A stretch of DNA of 64,000 nt from Clostridiales bacterium (GCA_015055815.1 SVHM01000003.1:53271-117270), one strand, 5' to 3'. Counted from the stretch's first letter, positions 9,404 through 18,298 are shown. The notes: generated by a model not told the origin, from the sequence alone. Made by a program: numbers and translations.

Positions 9404-11178
9404 TTATGCCACCACCAATCAAAACAGAAAAGCCAAAGAATTTTGGTAAAAATTTAAAAAGGTTAATTATTAATTTAAAAAGTTATTCTTTGCCTATTAT
9501 TATTGGGCTTGTATTTGCTATAGGCTCTACTGTTCTTGCTATAATTGGCCCAGATAAATTAAAAGGTATTGGTAACATTATAAAATTAAGTGATGAGACT
9601 GGTACACCAATTTCATTAACTGAAGTTAATAAAATCGCTATTTCTTTGCTTGTAATTTATCTACTTAGTTTTTTATTTAATTTCTTGCAAAACTTTATTT
9701 TAAGTAAGGTTACCGCAAAAATCAGTAGAGATTATAGGCATGCGTTATCTAAAAAAATTAACAACTTACCACTTAAATATTTAGATACTACAAGTTATGG
9801 AGATGTTCTTTCAAGAGTTACAAATGACGTTGATTTATTAAGTGATACTCTTAGTAATAGTTTGTCATCAATAATAACTACAATTACAACTATTATAGGC
9901 TCGGTTATTATGATGCTTACTTATTCATGGAAACTTACTTTACTTGCACTTGCTGTTATTCCCGTTTCTATGGTTGTTATGGGTATTGTAATCAAGTTTA
10001 GTCAGAAGTTTTTCAAAGCACAACAAGACAGTCTTGGAGACATAAACGGTCACATTGAAGAAATATATTCGGGACATAATGTTATAAAAATATATAACGG
10101 TGGTGAAAATGCTCTTGAGAAGTTTGACAAAATCAATAAAGAGTTATTTTCGTCATCATTCAAAGGTAATATTTTATCGGGGCTTATGCATCCCCTTTCA
10201 CACTTCTTTGGTAACATTGGTTGTGTTTTAATTATCGTTGTTGGATGTATTAATTCGCTTGGGAATGTAGCCGTTATGCTTCCACTTGTTATTGCGTTTG
10301 TGTCGTACTACCGAATGTTTAATAACCAAATAAGTCAGGTATCGACTATATCATCTACTCTTCAAACAACAATTGCTGCAAGTGAGAGAATATTTGAGTT
10401 TTTGGATGAAGAGAATGAAGAAGATGAAAGTCACAAGAAAGAGAAGTTAGAAACTGTAAAAGGTAATATTAAGTTTGAAAATGTTAATTTTGGATATTCA
10501 CTTGAAAAGCAAATTTTGTATGACCTTAATATTTCTGTCAAAGCGGGACAAAAAGTTGCTATAGTTGGCTCGACGGGAGCGGGAAAAACTACTCTTGTAA
10601 ATTTGCTTATGAGATTTTACGAAGTTAACAGCGGAAAAATTCTTATAGATGGAGTGGACATTTATTCATTAAAGCGAAAGAATGTTAGAAAGTTATTTGG
10701 AATGGTGCTTCAAGACACGTGGTTATTTGAAGGCACTATAAAAGAAAATATTGCGTATGGCAAGAAAAATGTAAGTGATGAAGAGATAATTGAAGTATGT
10801 AAAAGTGCTGGTATTCATCACCTTATCATGTCACAACCAAAGGGGTATGATATGGTAATTACCGAAGATAGTAATTTTTCACAAGGTGAAAAGCAGTTAA
10901 TTACAATTGCACGTGCTATGCTTCACAATGCGCCTATGCTTATTTTGGACGAAGCGACTAGTTCGGTTGATACTCGTACTGAAGTGCTTATTCAAAAAGC
11001 TATGGATAAGTTACTTAAAAATCGTACGTCGTTTATTATTGCGCATAGGCTTTCTACTATTGTTAATGCCGATATGATACTTGTTATGAAAGATGGTAGG
11101 ATAGTTGAAAAGGGTAATCATGCTGACTTGCTTGAGTTAAATGGAGTATACGCATCCCTTTACAAATCTCAATTCTAG
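9400..11178 (+). CDS. ABC exporter subunit (TMD+NBD), consensus-site half of a heterodimer
   Basis: 4-bp overlap with the previous gene. Walker A GSTGAGKT, FSQGEKQ, Walker B ILDEATS and IAHRLS. Confidence 0.93.
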   Translation: MIMPPPIKTEKPKNFGKNLKRLIINLKSYSLPIIIGLVFAIGSTVLAIIGPDKLKGIGNIIKLSDETGTPISLTEVNKIAISLLVIYLLSFLFNFLQNFILSKVTAKISRDYRHALSKKINNLPLKYLDTTSYGDVLSRVTNDVDLLSDTLSNSLSSIITTITTIIGSVIMMLTYSWKLTLLALAVIPVSMVVMGIVIKFSQKFFKAQQDSLGDINGHIEEIYSGHNVIKIYNGGENALEKFDKINKELFSSSFKGNILSGLMHPLSHFFGNIGCVLIIVVGCINSLGNVAVMLPLVIAFVSYYRMFNNQISQVSTISSTLQTTIAASERIFEFLDEENEEDESHKKEKLETVKGNIKFENVNFGYSLEKQILYDLNISVKAGQKVAIVGSTGAGKTTLVNLLMRFYEVNSGKILIDGVDIYSLKRKNVRKLFGMVLQDTWLFEGTIKENIAYGKKNVSDEEIIEVCKSAGIHHLIMSQPKGYDMVITEDSNFSQGEKQLITIARAMLHNAPMLILDEATSSVDTRTEVLIQKAMDKLLKNRTSFIIAHRLSTIVNADMILVMKDGRIVEKGNHADLLELNGVYASLYKSQF

Positions 11179-11285
11179 CAGGTTGCACCTGCACCGCATA
11201 TCGCAATATATTGTTGTTGATTAGAGTGTAACAGCCCGTCTAAGCAGAGTAATAATAATTAGTTTTTTTACACCTGCACCGCATA
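11179..11285. repeat. 15-bp direct repeat pair; first copy overlaps a hairpin
   Basis: CACCTGCACCGCATA at 11186-11200 and 11271-11285; GCAGGT-TGC-ACCTGC hairpin overlapping the first copy. Confidence 0.7.
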
Positions 11286-11443
11286 ACCATTAAGTTTCGG
11301 AAAATTTTCTCAAAAAAGTTACAGATTTATCTGTAAAATGAAAAATTTTTGTAAAAATTGAAAGATTTTTATTAAATTTTGACATACAATTTTTATTTTG
11401 ATAAATTTGCGTGATATAATAATTATGTAAATATAAATTTTCG

Positions 11444-11478
11444 AAGATTGGAAAGGAATTAATCTTTCCAATCTTTTT
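11444..11478 (+). terminator. Terminator-like hairpin just upstream of the small ORF RBS
   Basis: AAGATTGGAAAG (11444-11455), 8-nt loop, CTTTCCAATCTT (11464-11475), then T-rich sequence. Confidence 0.55.
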
Positions 11479-11507
11479 GTATTTTTTAAAAGTTTAGGGG
11501 GTGAGAA

Positions 11508-11618
11508 ATGAAAAAAAGAAAAATTATTGAAGTAAGAAAAAAATCTGAAAAAGATAATAATTATTCTTGTGATATTATTAATACAGACACGCACAAACAA
11601 ATTTCTTTGTGGGAATGA
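11508..11618 (+). CDS. Small 36-aa ORF (MKKRKIIEVRKKSEKDNNYSCDIINTDTHKQISLWE), not in the supplied ORF track
   Basis: Strong RBS AGGGGGTGAG just upstream of ATG 11508; TGA at 11616-11618. C-terminal QISLW resembles the QL[S/D]LF clamp-binding motif. Confidence 0.55.
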   Translation: MKKRKIIEVRKKSEKDNNYSCDIINTDTHKQISLWE

Positions 11619-11672
11619 TAGTTTTTAAATTGGAATGTTAATTATTAAATATTTATCTTTTGTTTTTATCCA

Positions 11673-11701
11673 TTGACAAAATATATAAAAAGATATATAT
11701 T
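11673..11701 (+). promoter_or_regulatory. SigA-type promoter of tyrS
   Basis: TTGACA 11673-11678, 17-nt spacer, TATATT 11696-11701. Confidence 0.65.
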
Positions 11702-11748
11702 AGTTGTATTAAATTTATTTAAATTTTCTGATATTAAGGAGACTAATT

Positions 11749-12993
11749 ATGATAGATACAAATTTATATAACGTACTAAAAGAAAGGGGACTATTGTATC
11801 AATGTAGTGATGAAGAAGCTTTTAAGAAAAGATTAGAGAGTGGTGAGCCACTTGTTATATATGAAGGTAGTGACCCTACAATGGATAGTTTGCATATCGG
11901 TCATTGTGTTCCTTATTGTATTTTGAGAAGATTTCAGAAAGCTGGACACAAAGTAATTCTTCTTATGGGTGGAGCAACTGCTTGTATTGGTGACCCAAGT
12001 GGTAAGTCTGATATGAGAAAAATGCTTACTTATGAAGATATCAAAAGTAATGTTGAAAAGATTAAGAAGTCTCTATCTGTATTTTTAGATTTTGATGGTG
12101 AAAACCCTGCTGAAATTGTTAATAATTATGATTGGTTTAAAAACTTAACATATATAGATTTTATGAGAGATTATGGAGTGCATTTTAATATTAATAAAAT
12201 GTTATCTTCTGAAATCTATAACAATAGACTTGAAAATGGCGGTTTAACATTCTTTGAAATGGGATATATGCCAATGCAAGCATATGACTTTGTTCATCTT
12301 AATAGAGAGAAAGGTTGTACCATTCAATATGGTGGTGCTGACCAATGGGGAAATATTGTTGCTGGTGTTGAGCTTCAAAGAAAGTTAAATTTCCAAAATG
12401 GTACTGATATTGAACTTATCGGTGCAACAAACCCACTTCTACTTACACCCGAAGGTAAGAAAATGGGTAAAACCGAAAAAGGTGCTATTTGGATAGACAA
12501 AGATAAAATTTCTCCTTATGACTTTTATCAAGGAGTATACCAAACACCAGATGCTTGTGTTGAAATGATGTTTGCATTGTTTACTGAAATTCCTATGGAC
12601 GAAATAAGAAAAATGATAGCAGAAGATATTGTAAAAGCAAAAGAAACTCTATGCTTTGAAATTACTAAATTTGTTCGTGGCGAAGAAGATGCTATTATTG
12701 CTAGAGATGCAAGTAAATCATTATTTGGTGGCGGTACAAACTTAGATAACGTTCCTACTTATGAGATGACTAGAGAAGAATTATCTACAAGTAGTGTAGC
12801 AGATATTTTAACAGTTACTAAACTTTGTGCGTCTAAGTCAGATAGTAGGAGAATGGTTGAAAATGGTGGTGTTTACTTAAATGAAGAAAAAGTAACCGAC
12901 TTTAGATATATGTTAAAAGATAGCGATTTTGAAAAAGGCTATGCACTACTTAGAAAAGGCAAGAAAAACTACATGAAGATAGTTTTGAAATAA
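11749..12993 (+). CDS. tyrS: Tyrosine--tRNA ligase
   Basis: DPTMDSLHIGH (HIGH), IGDPSGK, QAYDF, GGADQWGNI, KMGKT and a C-terminal S4 domain. Confidence 0.97.
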   Translation: MIDTNLYNVLKERGLLYQCSDEEAFKKRLESGEPLVIYEGSDPTMDSLHIGHCVPYCILRRFQKAGHKVILLMGGATACIGDPSGKSDMRKMLTYEDIKSNVEKIKKSLSVFLDFDGENPAEIVNNYDWFKNLTYIDFMRDYGVHFNINKMLSSEIYNNRLENGGLTFFEMGYMPMQAYDFVHLNREKGCTIQYGGADQWGNIVAGVELQRKLNFQNGTDIELIGATNPLLLTPEGKKMGKTEKGAIWIDKDKISPYDFYQGVYQTPDACVEMMFALFTEIPMDEIRKMIAEDIVKAKETLCFEITKFVRGEEDAIIARDASKSLFGGGTNLDNVPTYEMTREELSTSSVADILTVTKLCASKSDSRRMVENGGVYLNEEKVTDFRYMLKDSDFEKGYALLRKGKKNYMKIVLK

Positions 12994-13170
12994 TATTAAA
13001 AATTGTATTATGGTATTCCATGATACAATTTTTTATACTTTAAATTAAAAAATATTTAAAATTTATATACAAATGAACAAATCTTTAAAATTAAGTAAAT
13101 TTTTAACTTGAGATAATATATCCAATTTAATTGCAAAAAATATAAAAATAATATAAAATTAGTTAAAGTT

Positions 13171-13731
13171 ATGAAAGAGAAATGGAAAAAGTTTTTGTTA
13201 ATATTATTACTTCCTTTTATGATATTTATAGAAGGTTGTAGTTGTAGTGGTGATGGCGAAGTAACTTCTAGCCAAACTTTTCTTGTGCACTTTTATATGG
13301 GTGGACAAGGTGAAACCGACCCACTTCAAATAAAAGACCAAACAATTGTTTATGGTGGAACTATTACAAAACCTGTCGACCCCGTTTGGAAAGACCATTA
13401 TTTAGAAGGTTGGTATACCGATATGGAGTGTACAAATAGATGGGACTTTGCAAATGATAAAGTAAAAGAAGAAGTGCATTTATACGCTAAATGGGTGGGA
13501 CAATTTACCGTACAATTTAATCTTCATTCTACTTCTTGTACACCCGCTCATATTACTAATAGATATATTGTTGAAGGAGACAAAATTGCCGAGCCAGAAA
13601 AACCTACGTGGAAAGGTTATGATTTTGCTGGTTGGTATTTGGATGCTGAGTTTACATCACCATGGAATTTCTATGATGATGTCGTAACTGCTCATATGAC
13701 ATTACATGCAAAATGGGTAAAGAAAAAATAA
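13171..13731 (+). CDS. Lipoprotein with two InlB B-repeat (Listeria-Bacteroides repeat) domains
   Basis: Signal peptide ending EG-CSCS. Two repeats of the type P..P.WK.Y...GWY.D......W.F..D.V.....L.AKW. Confidence 0.85.
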   Translation: MKEKWKKFLLILLLPFMIFIEGCSCSGDGEVTSSQTFLVHFYMGGQGETDPLQIKDQTIVYGGTITKPVDPVWKDHYLEGWYTDMECTNRWDFANDKVKEEVHLYAKWVGQFTVQFNLHSTSCTPAHITNRYIVEGDKIAEPEKPTWKGYDFAGWYLDAEFTSPWNFYDDVVTAHMTLHAKWVKKK

Positions 13732-13831
13732 ATTTGTACAAAAATCATACAAATTTATTTGTGATTATAAATATTTTATGTTAATCTAAAAGTAACAAAA
13801 TGGTGGATAAAAAAATGGGGTTTAATATATT

Positions 13832-14377
13832 ATGGGTAAGAAATTTAATAAAATATGTGCTATAGTATTTTTTCCTATAGCATTTTTTGTATACTTAATT
13901 AAAGTAATTATAAAGGTAGTAAAAAAGGCTTTACTTAGGAAATATTTAAAAAATATAAGTGTAAATAAAATAGATAGCCTTGATGGAAAATCGTTTGAAG
14001 ATTTTTTGTATTACTTTTTCTTGAGTTTAAATTTAAAAGTAAAAAAGACATCACTTACACGTGATTATGGTGCCGATTTAATAATAGATTACAATGGTGA
14101 AAAAATAGTTATTCAGTGTAAAAATTATTATAATCATAAAGTCGGTAATTCGGCAATACAAGAAATTGCCACCGCTAAAGATTATTATAATGCTACGATT
14201 GGTATAGTGATAACTAATTGGTTTTTTACAAGTCCTGCACAAACCTTAGCGGGTAAAGTTGGCGTAAAATTAATTGATAGAAATATCCTGTCTCAAATTT
14301 TACATTCACCAAATACTATAAAAAACGATTATTTTGTAAATTTTATCGATAGTAATAAATTCGTTCAAACTATATAA
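13832..14377 (+). CDS. Membrane-anchored Mrr-type (Mrr_cat) restriction endonuclease domain protein
   Basis: N-terminal hydrophobic helix, then LDGKSFEDF, DYGADL, IQCKNY, VGNSAIQE and VITNWFFT. Confidence 0.8.
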   Translation: MGKKFNKICAIVFFPIAFFVYLIKVIIKVVKKALLRKYLKNISVNKIDSLDGKSFEDFLYYFFLSLNLKVKKTSLTRDYGADLIIDYNGEKIVIQCKNYYNHKVGNSAIQEIATAKDYYNATIGIVITNWFFTSPAQTLAGKVGVKLIDRNILSQILHSPNTIKNDYFVNFIDSNKFVQTI

Positions 14378-14467
14378 TTATGCTAATTATATCAATAACC
14401 AAAATTCAAAAAAAAGACACTTTTTTAAAAAATTAAAAGTGCCTTTCGTTTTTATTTATAATTATTT

Positions 14468-16093
14468 TTACTGATTAATCGTTGGTTTTTTAAGATTAGC
14501 TACTGCACCATTTACAAGTCCAACAAATAGTGGATGTGGTCTATATGGACGAGATTTAAATTCTGGGTGGAATTGGCTTGCTACAAAGAATGGATGGTCT
14601 TTGTATTCAATTATTTCTACCAAATTTTTATCACTATTTACACCCGACACAACCATACCCAAATCTTCGAATTTCTCTCTATATTCATTATTAAATTCGT
14701 ATCTATGTCTATGTCTTTCAATAATTTCTGGTTGTCCATATATTCTTCTAGCTAGTGTGCCATCTTTTAGGTTACATTTGTAATCACCAAGTCTCATTGC
14801 TTTTTCAAAGTTATTCCATTTGTTTTCTTCCATTTTGTTAATAACTGGGTTTTTCGTTTTTACATTAAATTCAGTACTTGTTGCGTCTTTTAATTTGGCT
14901 ACATTTCTAGCAAATTCAATTACAGATAGTTGCATACCTAGACAAATTCCAAGGAATGGAATTTTATTTTCTCTAGCATAATTAACTGCCAAAATCATTC
15001 CTTCAATTCCTTTATCTCCAAAGCCACCAGGAACGACAATTGCATCAAATGGTTTCAAGATATCTTTAACTCCGTACATCTCAATATCTTCACTAGATAC
15101 AAGAGTTATTTTTGCTTTATGTTTACTATTAAAACAAGCGTGTCTTAACCCTTCAGTTATAGAAAGATAAGAATATTGGTTTTCGGTATATTTACCAACA
15201 ATTGCAATATTTATAGCTGGCAAATCTTCATCCATACCATTTATCATTTCTTTCCATTTATTCAAGTTTAACGCATTACATGGCAAACTTAATTTTCCAA
15301 TTGCAATTCTATCTAAGCCTTCTTCTGCTAAATTTAGTGGTACTTCATAAATATTATTTGCATCTTTATTTTGAATAACAAAGTCTGAACTTTTCAAATT
15401 ACAAAACATTGCGATTTTTCTTTTTATATGGTCGCTCAAAGTAATATCTTTATTCGTTCTGCAAACTATTACATCTGGTTGAAGTCCGTATGAATTTAAA
15501 CATCTAACACTTGTTTGAGTAGGTTTAGTTTTTAATTCTTCTGTACTTTCCATGTATGGAACTAAAGTACAATGAATATGGATATAATTATCTTCAGTTA
15601 GTTCGTTTTGGAATTGTCTAACTGCTTCAAGATAAATAGCGTTATCCATATCTCCAACCGTTCCGCCAATCTCAATAATAACAACATCAGCGCTATCATC
15701 ATACGATTTCATACGTCTTTTGATTTCACTAGTCATATGTGGGACTTGTTGAATTGACATTCCTGTATTTTCATCATGCTTAGTATCGTTATTTATAAGC
15801 ATATCTGCAAGAATTTTTCCAGTAGTTAGATAATTATTTTTATCACTCTCAATATCTAGAAATCTCTCAATATATCCTAGTGCTAATGCACTTTCAACTC
15901 CATCATGAGAAACAAACACTTCGCCATACTGAATAGGGTTAATAAGACCTAAGTCAAAATTAAGTCTAGGGTCAAATCTTTGGAAATTAACTTTAATACC
16001 CCTTTCTATAAGTATTCTACCAAGTGCAACACCAGTAATGCCTTTACCTAAATTAGAAACAACACCACCAGTTATAAAAATATACTTACTCAT
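14468..16093 (-). CDS. CTP synthase-like protein with an intact glutaminase domain but a degenerate synthetase active site
   Basis: Likely start MSKYIFITGGVVS at 16093 (RBS GGAGA). EIGGTVGD, KTKPTQ, GICLGMQ and QFHPEF are present, but the canonical ETDLDLGHYERF reads ESALALGYIERF and the canonical QHGE reads QYGE. Confidence 0.85.
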   Translation of the reverse strand: MSKYIFITGGVVSNLGKGITGVALGRILIERGIKVNFQRFDPRLNFDLGLINPIQYGEVFVSHDGVESALALGYIERFLDIESDKNNYLTTGKILADMLINNDTKHDENTGMSIQQVPHMTSEIKRRMKSYDDSADVVIIEIGGTVGDMDNAIYLEAVRQFQNELTEDNYIHIHCTLVPYMESTEELKTKPTQTSVRCLNSYGLQPDVIVCRTNKDITLSDHIKRKIAMFCNLKSSDFVIQNKDANNIYEVPLNLAEEGLDRIAIGKLSLPCNALNLNKWKEMINGMDEDLPAINIAIVGKYTENQYSYLSITEGLRHACFNSKHKAKITLVSSEDIEMYGVKDILKPFDAIVVPGGFGDKGIEGMILAVNYARENKIPFLGICLGMQLSVIEFARNVAKLKDATSTEFNVKTKNPVINKMEENKWNNFEKAMRLGDYKCNLKDGTLARRIYGQPEIIERHRHRYEFNNEYREKFEDLGMVVSGVNSDKNLVEIIEYKDHPFFVASQFHPEFKSRPYRPHPLFVGLVNGAVANLKKPTINQ

Positions 16094-16278
16094 TTTCCAT
16101 TCTCCATTTTTTCTCTTATACAAATTTTACAAAATATTTAACTATTCGTCAAATAATTTAACATAAAACTCAAATATTATATATACTAAACTTAAATATA
16201 TTTTGTGTAAAATATATATAAATTATATTTTCTGTTTTTAACGTTTTGATTTAAAAATATTTGTTAAAATTTTTAAAG

Positions 16279-16289
16279 TGTGTTAAAAT
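16279..16289 (+). promoter_or_regulatory. Extended -10 element (TGTGTTAAAAT)
   Basis: The identical 11-mer precedes four genes (16279, 19189, 22923, 42571) and fits TGn-TAAAAT. Confidence 0.5.
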
Positions 16290-16324
16290 ATACTAACTTA
16301 ATGTAATTTAAAGGGTAAAATAAA

Positions 16325-17401
16325 ATGGATAAGTATAGTATTTTAAGAGATTTAATTCAGTTTAATACAGCATTTGATGCTCAAAACCAAGCAATAATGG
16401 AGTATATAGATAAGTACCTAACCGACAAAGGTTTTAGGACTAATTATTGTATCGACGACGATACTCAGAAGAAATGTCTTGTAGCTACTGCAGGTGTAAA
16501 TCCTGTACTTGGTTTTGTTTGCCATACAGATACATCACCACTTGGTGCTAACTGGTCAGACTATGACGCTATGGATTTAACTCTTGATGGAGATAAACTT
16601 ATAGGTCTTGGTATTTCTGAAATGAAAGGTGGTATGGCTGCCGTTCTTTCTGCAGTTGGTAACTTCGATTGGAAACTACCTAAAAAAGGTTTGAAACTTT
16701 TCTTCACATTCGACGAAGAAAATAACTTCACTGGTATCAAAACTATTGTTGCAAAAGAAAAAGAAATTCCACAAAACATAATAATTCCTACACCAACTAG
16801 TTTGTATCCAGTTGTTGCAACCAAAGGACTACTTAAACTTTGTGTAATGATTTCTGGAAAACCAGCACATAGTAGCAACCCAACAAAAGGTAGTAATGCA
16901 ATAGAGCATGCAGTATCATTCTTAGGTGAAGTTTATTCATTCAATAATAGATTGAAAGAAGACAAAAATAATGCTTTTGAACTTCCATATACAACATTTA
17001 ACTTAGGTAAAATTCAAGGCGGTTCATCACTTAACAGTGTTCCTGGTGAGTGTTCAACTTACTTAGAATATCGTACAATTAGACCCGACCACAATCGTCA
17101 AATTATTGAGAAAATCAACGACCTTGCTTCTAAATACAATGGTTTTGTAACCGTTATAGATGATGTTCCACCAATGTCAACATTTGCAGAAAACTTCATC
17201 TCTCGTCTAGAAGAATTAACAGGTAACAAACGTTCATCAATAGCTGTAGTTTCTGATGGTAACTACTTAGGTGAAAATGCCGTAGTACTTCTAGGTCCCG
17301 GACCAATCACAAGTGGTGAGAAAAATGAGTTTATAAGCAAGTTTAGTTATGAGACTTTGATAGAGCTTTATACCAAACTCCTAAAAGAAACCTGTTTTTA
17401 G
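16325..17401 (+). CDS. M20 family (ArgE/DapE-like) metallo-deacylase homologue with altered metal ligands
   Basis: CHTD, GISEMKGG, TFDEE, KGL..L.V...GKPAHSS.P.KG.NAIE and FNLGKIQGG.S.NSVP motifs. The canonical GEP reads PTP and the C-terminal AH is absent (GPGPITSGEKNE). Confidence 0.8.
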   Translation: MDKYSILRDLIQFNTAFDAQNQAIMEYIDKYLTDKGFRTNYCIDDDTQKKCLVATAGVNPVLGFVCHTDTSPLGANWSDYDAMDLTLDGDKLIGLGISEMKGGMAAVLSAVGNFDWKLPKKGLKLFFTFDEENNFTGIKTIVAKEKEIPQNIIIPTPTSLYPVVATKGLLKLCVMISGKPAHSSNPTKGSNAIEHAVSFLGEVYSFNNRLKEDKNNAFELPYTTFNLGKIQGGSSLNSVPGECSTYLEYRTIRPDHNRQIIEKINDLASKYNGFVTVIDDVPPMSTFAENFISRLEELTGNKRSSIAVVSDGNYLGENAVVLLGPGPITSGEKNEFISKFSYETLIELYTKLLKETCF

Positions 17402-17412
17402 GAAATATAAAC

Positions 17413-17782
17413 TTCGTAATAGTGCAGAAAATTCAAAAACGAGAAGCCAGTCATTTATGTTATATAAACTCCTGGCTCTCTTTTTTTATTTTCTTTCTCT
17501 TACTCGTTTCTATTTCCTAAAAAAACATGCAATCAAGTGAGTTGTTTTATTCACTCGGTCATTTATGTCATATAAACTCCCGTCATAAATATAATCATTT
17601 TTTTTGAATTACTCGTTTCTATTTCCTAAAAAAATTTTGATATTATAGGTTTTAGGTGTTTGGATTCGTATTAGTGCAGAAAATTCAAAAACGAGAAGCC
17701 AGTCATTTATGTCATATAAACTCATGTCGTAAATATTATTCTTTTTTTGACCTACTTGTCACTATTTCCTAAAAACATGCAA
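17413..17782. repeat. Degenerate three-unit intergenic repeat array including a 59-bp direct repeat
   Basis: 17413-17471 vs 17665-17723 differ at 2 positions. Core GTCATTTATGT(C/T)ATATAAACTC at 17450, 17558 and 17702. Second motif TACT(C/T)GT..CTATTTCCTAAAAA at 17501, 17610 and 17753. Confidence 0.85.
17441..17490 (+). terminator. Probable terminator of the M20 gene, formed within the first repeat unit
   Basis: GAGAAGCCAG ... CTGGCTCTC followed by TTTTTTTATT. Confidence 0.45.
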
Positions 17783-17824
17783 ATATATGTAATCTATTTT
17801 ATTTAACATTATTAAGTTATCAGG

Positions 17825-18298
17825 TTATTCTGCTAAATTAATAAAATTTTTCTTTAACTTTTTAGCATAATTCATTGTTTTATTTGCTCCGCTATTTTCG
17901 GTATTCTTAACGTAAAAAATTATCTTATCACTATTTTTTATCATCTCTACATTTCTATAATATATTCGTTTATTAAAGCCATTATATTGAAGTGGAAAAA
18001 ATACAAATTCTTCAAATTCTTCATCTAACAAATATTTTGGGCGTTTAAGTCTATTTAAATGTTTTTCTTCAGTTAATACGAATACTCTTCTAATATAAGG
18101 GTATTCTTTTTTTACGTCTGTCACAATCTCCCATGCAAGCTCATCAAACTTTCCAAAACCACCAAACAAAAATACACCAAAATTCTCTTGTGTAATTAAC
18201 TTTATTATTAAATTTTTCAAATCTTCTTTCAATTTATCGGTTATTTCTAATTCGCTATGACCAAAGAAAGATAAAGTACTTGTTAACGATGTATTCAC
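17825..18298 (-). CDS. SLOG superfamily (YpsA/DUF1273-like) nucleotide-binding protein
   Basis: SFFGHS, FGGFGKFD, RNVEMIKNSD.IIFY and SGANKTMNYAKK..K.FINL motifs. GTG start, apparently leaderless. Confidence 0.75.
   Translation of the reverse strand: MNTSLTSTLSFFGHSELEITDKLKEDLKNLIIKLITQENFGVFLFGGFGKFDELAWEIVTDVKKEYPYIRRVFVLTEEKHLNRLKRPKYLLDEEFEEFVFFPLQYNGFNKRIYYRNVEMIKNSDKIIFYVKNTENSGANKTMNYAKKLKKNFINLAE

Noticed and set aside
11219-11250. Decayed T-box antiterminator (TTAGAGTGTAACAGC...CGTCTAA) upstream of tyrS
   Set aside because: The invariant TGGNACC bulge is absent, there is no stem I, and tyrS has its own promoter about 50 bp upstream of its start.
11319-11600. 93-aa minus-strand ORF
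   Set aside because: Low-complexity F/I/K translation of AT-rich DNA; the + strand 36-aa ORF has the clear RBS.
13802-13810. Isolated DnaA-box-like GGTGGATAA
   Set aside because: Single one-mismatch box without a cluster; expected by chance.
17442-17470. dif/Xer site (TTATATAAACT resembles the Bacillota XerD arm)
   Set aside because: The partner arm 6 bp away does not match XerC, and the site is near the origin rather than the terminus.
17413-17782. CRISPR array interpretation of the three-unit repeat
   Set aside because: Irregular periods (108 and 144 bp), two different conserved motifs per unit, spacers similar to each other and no cas genes in the window.
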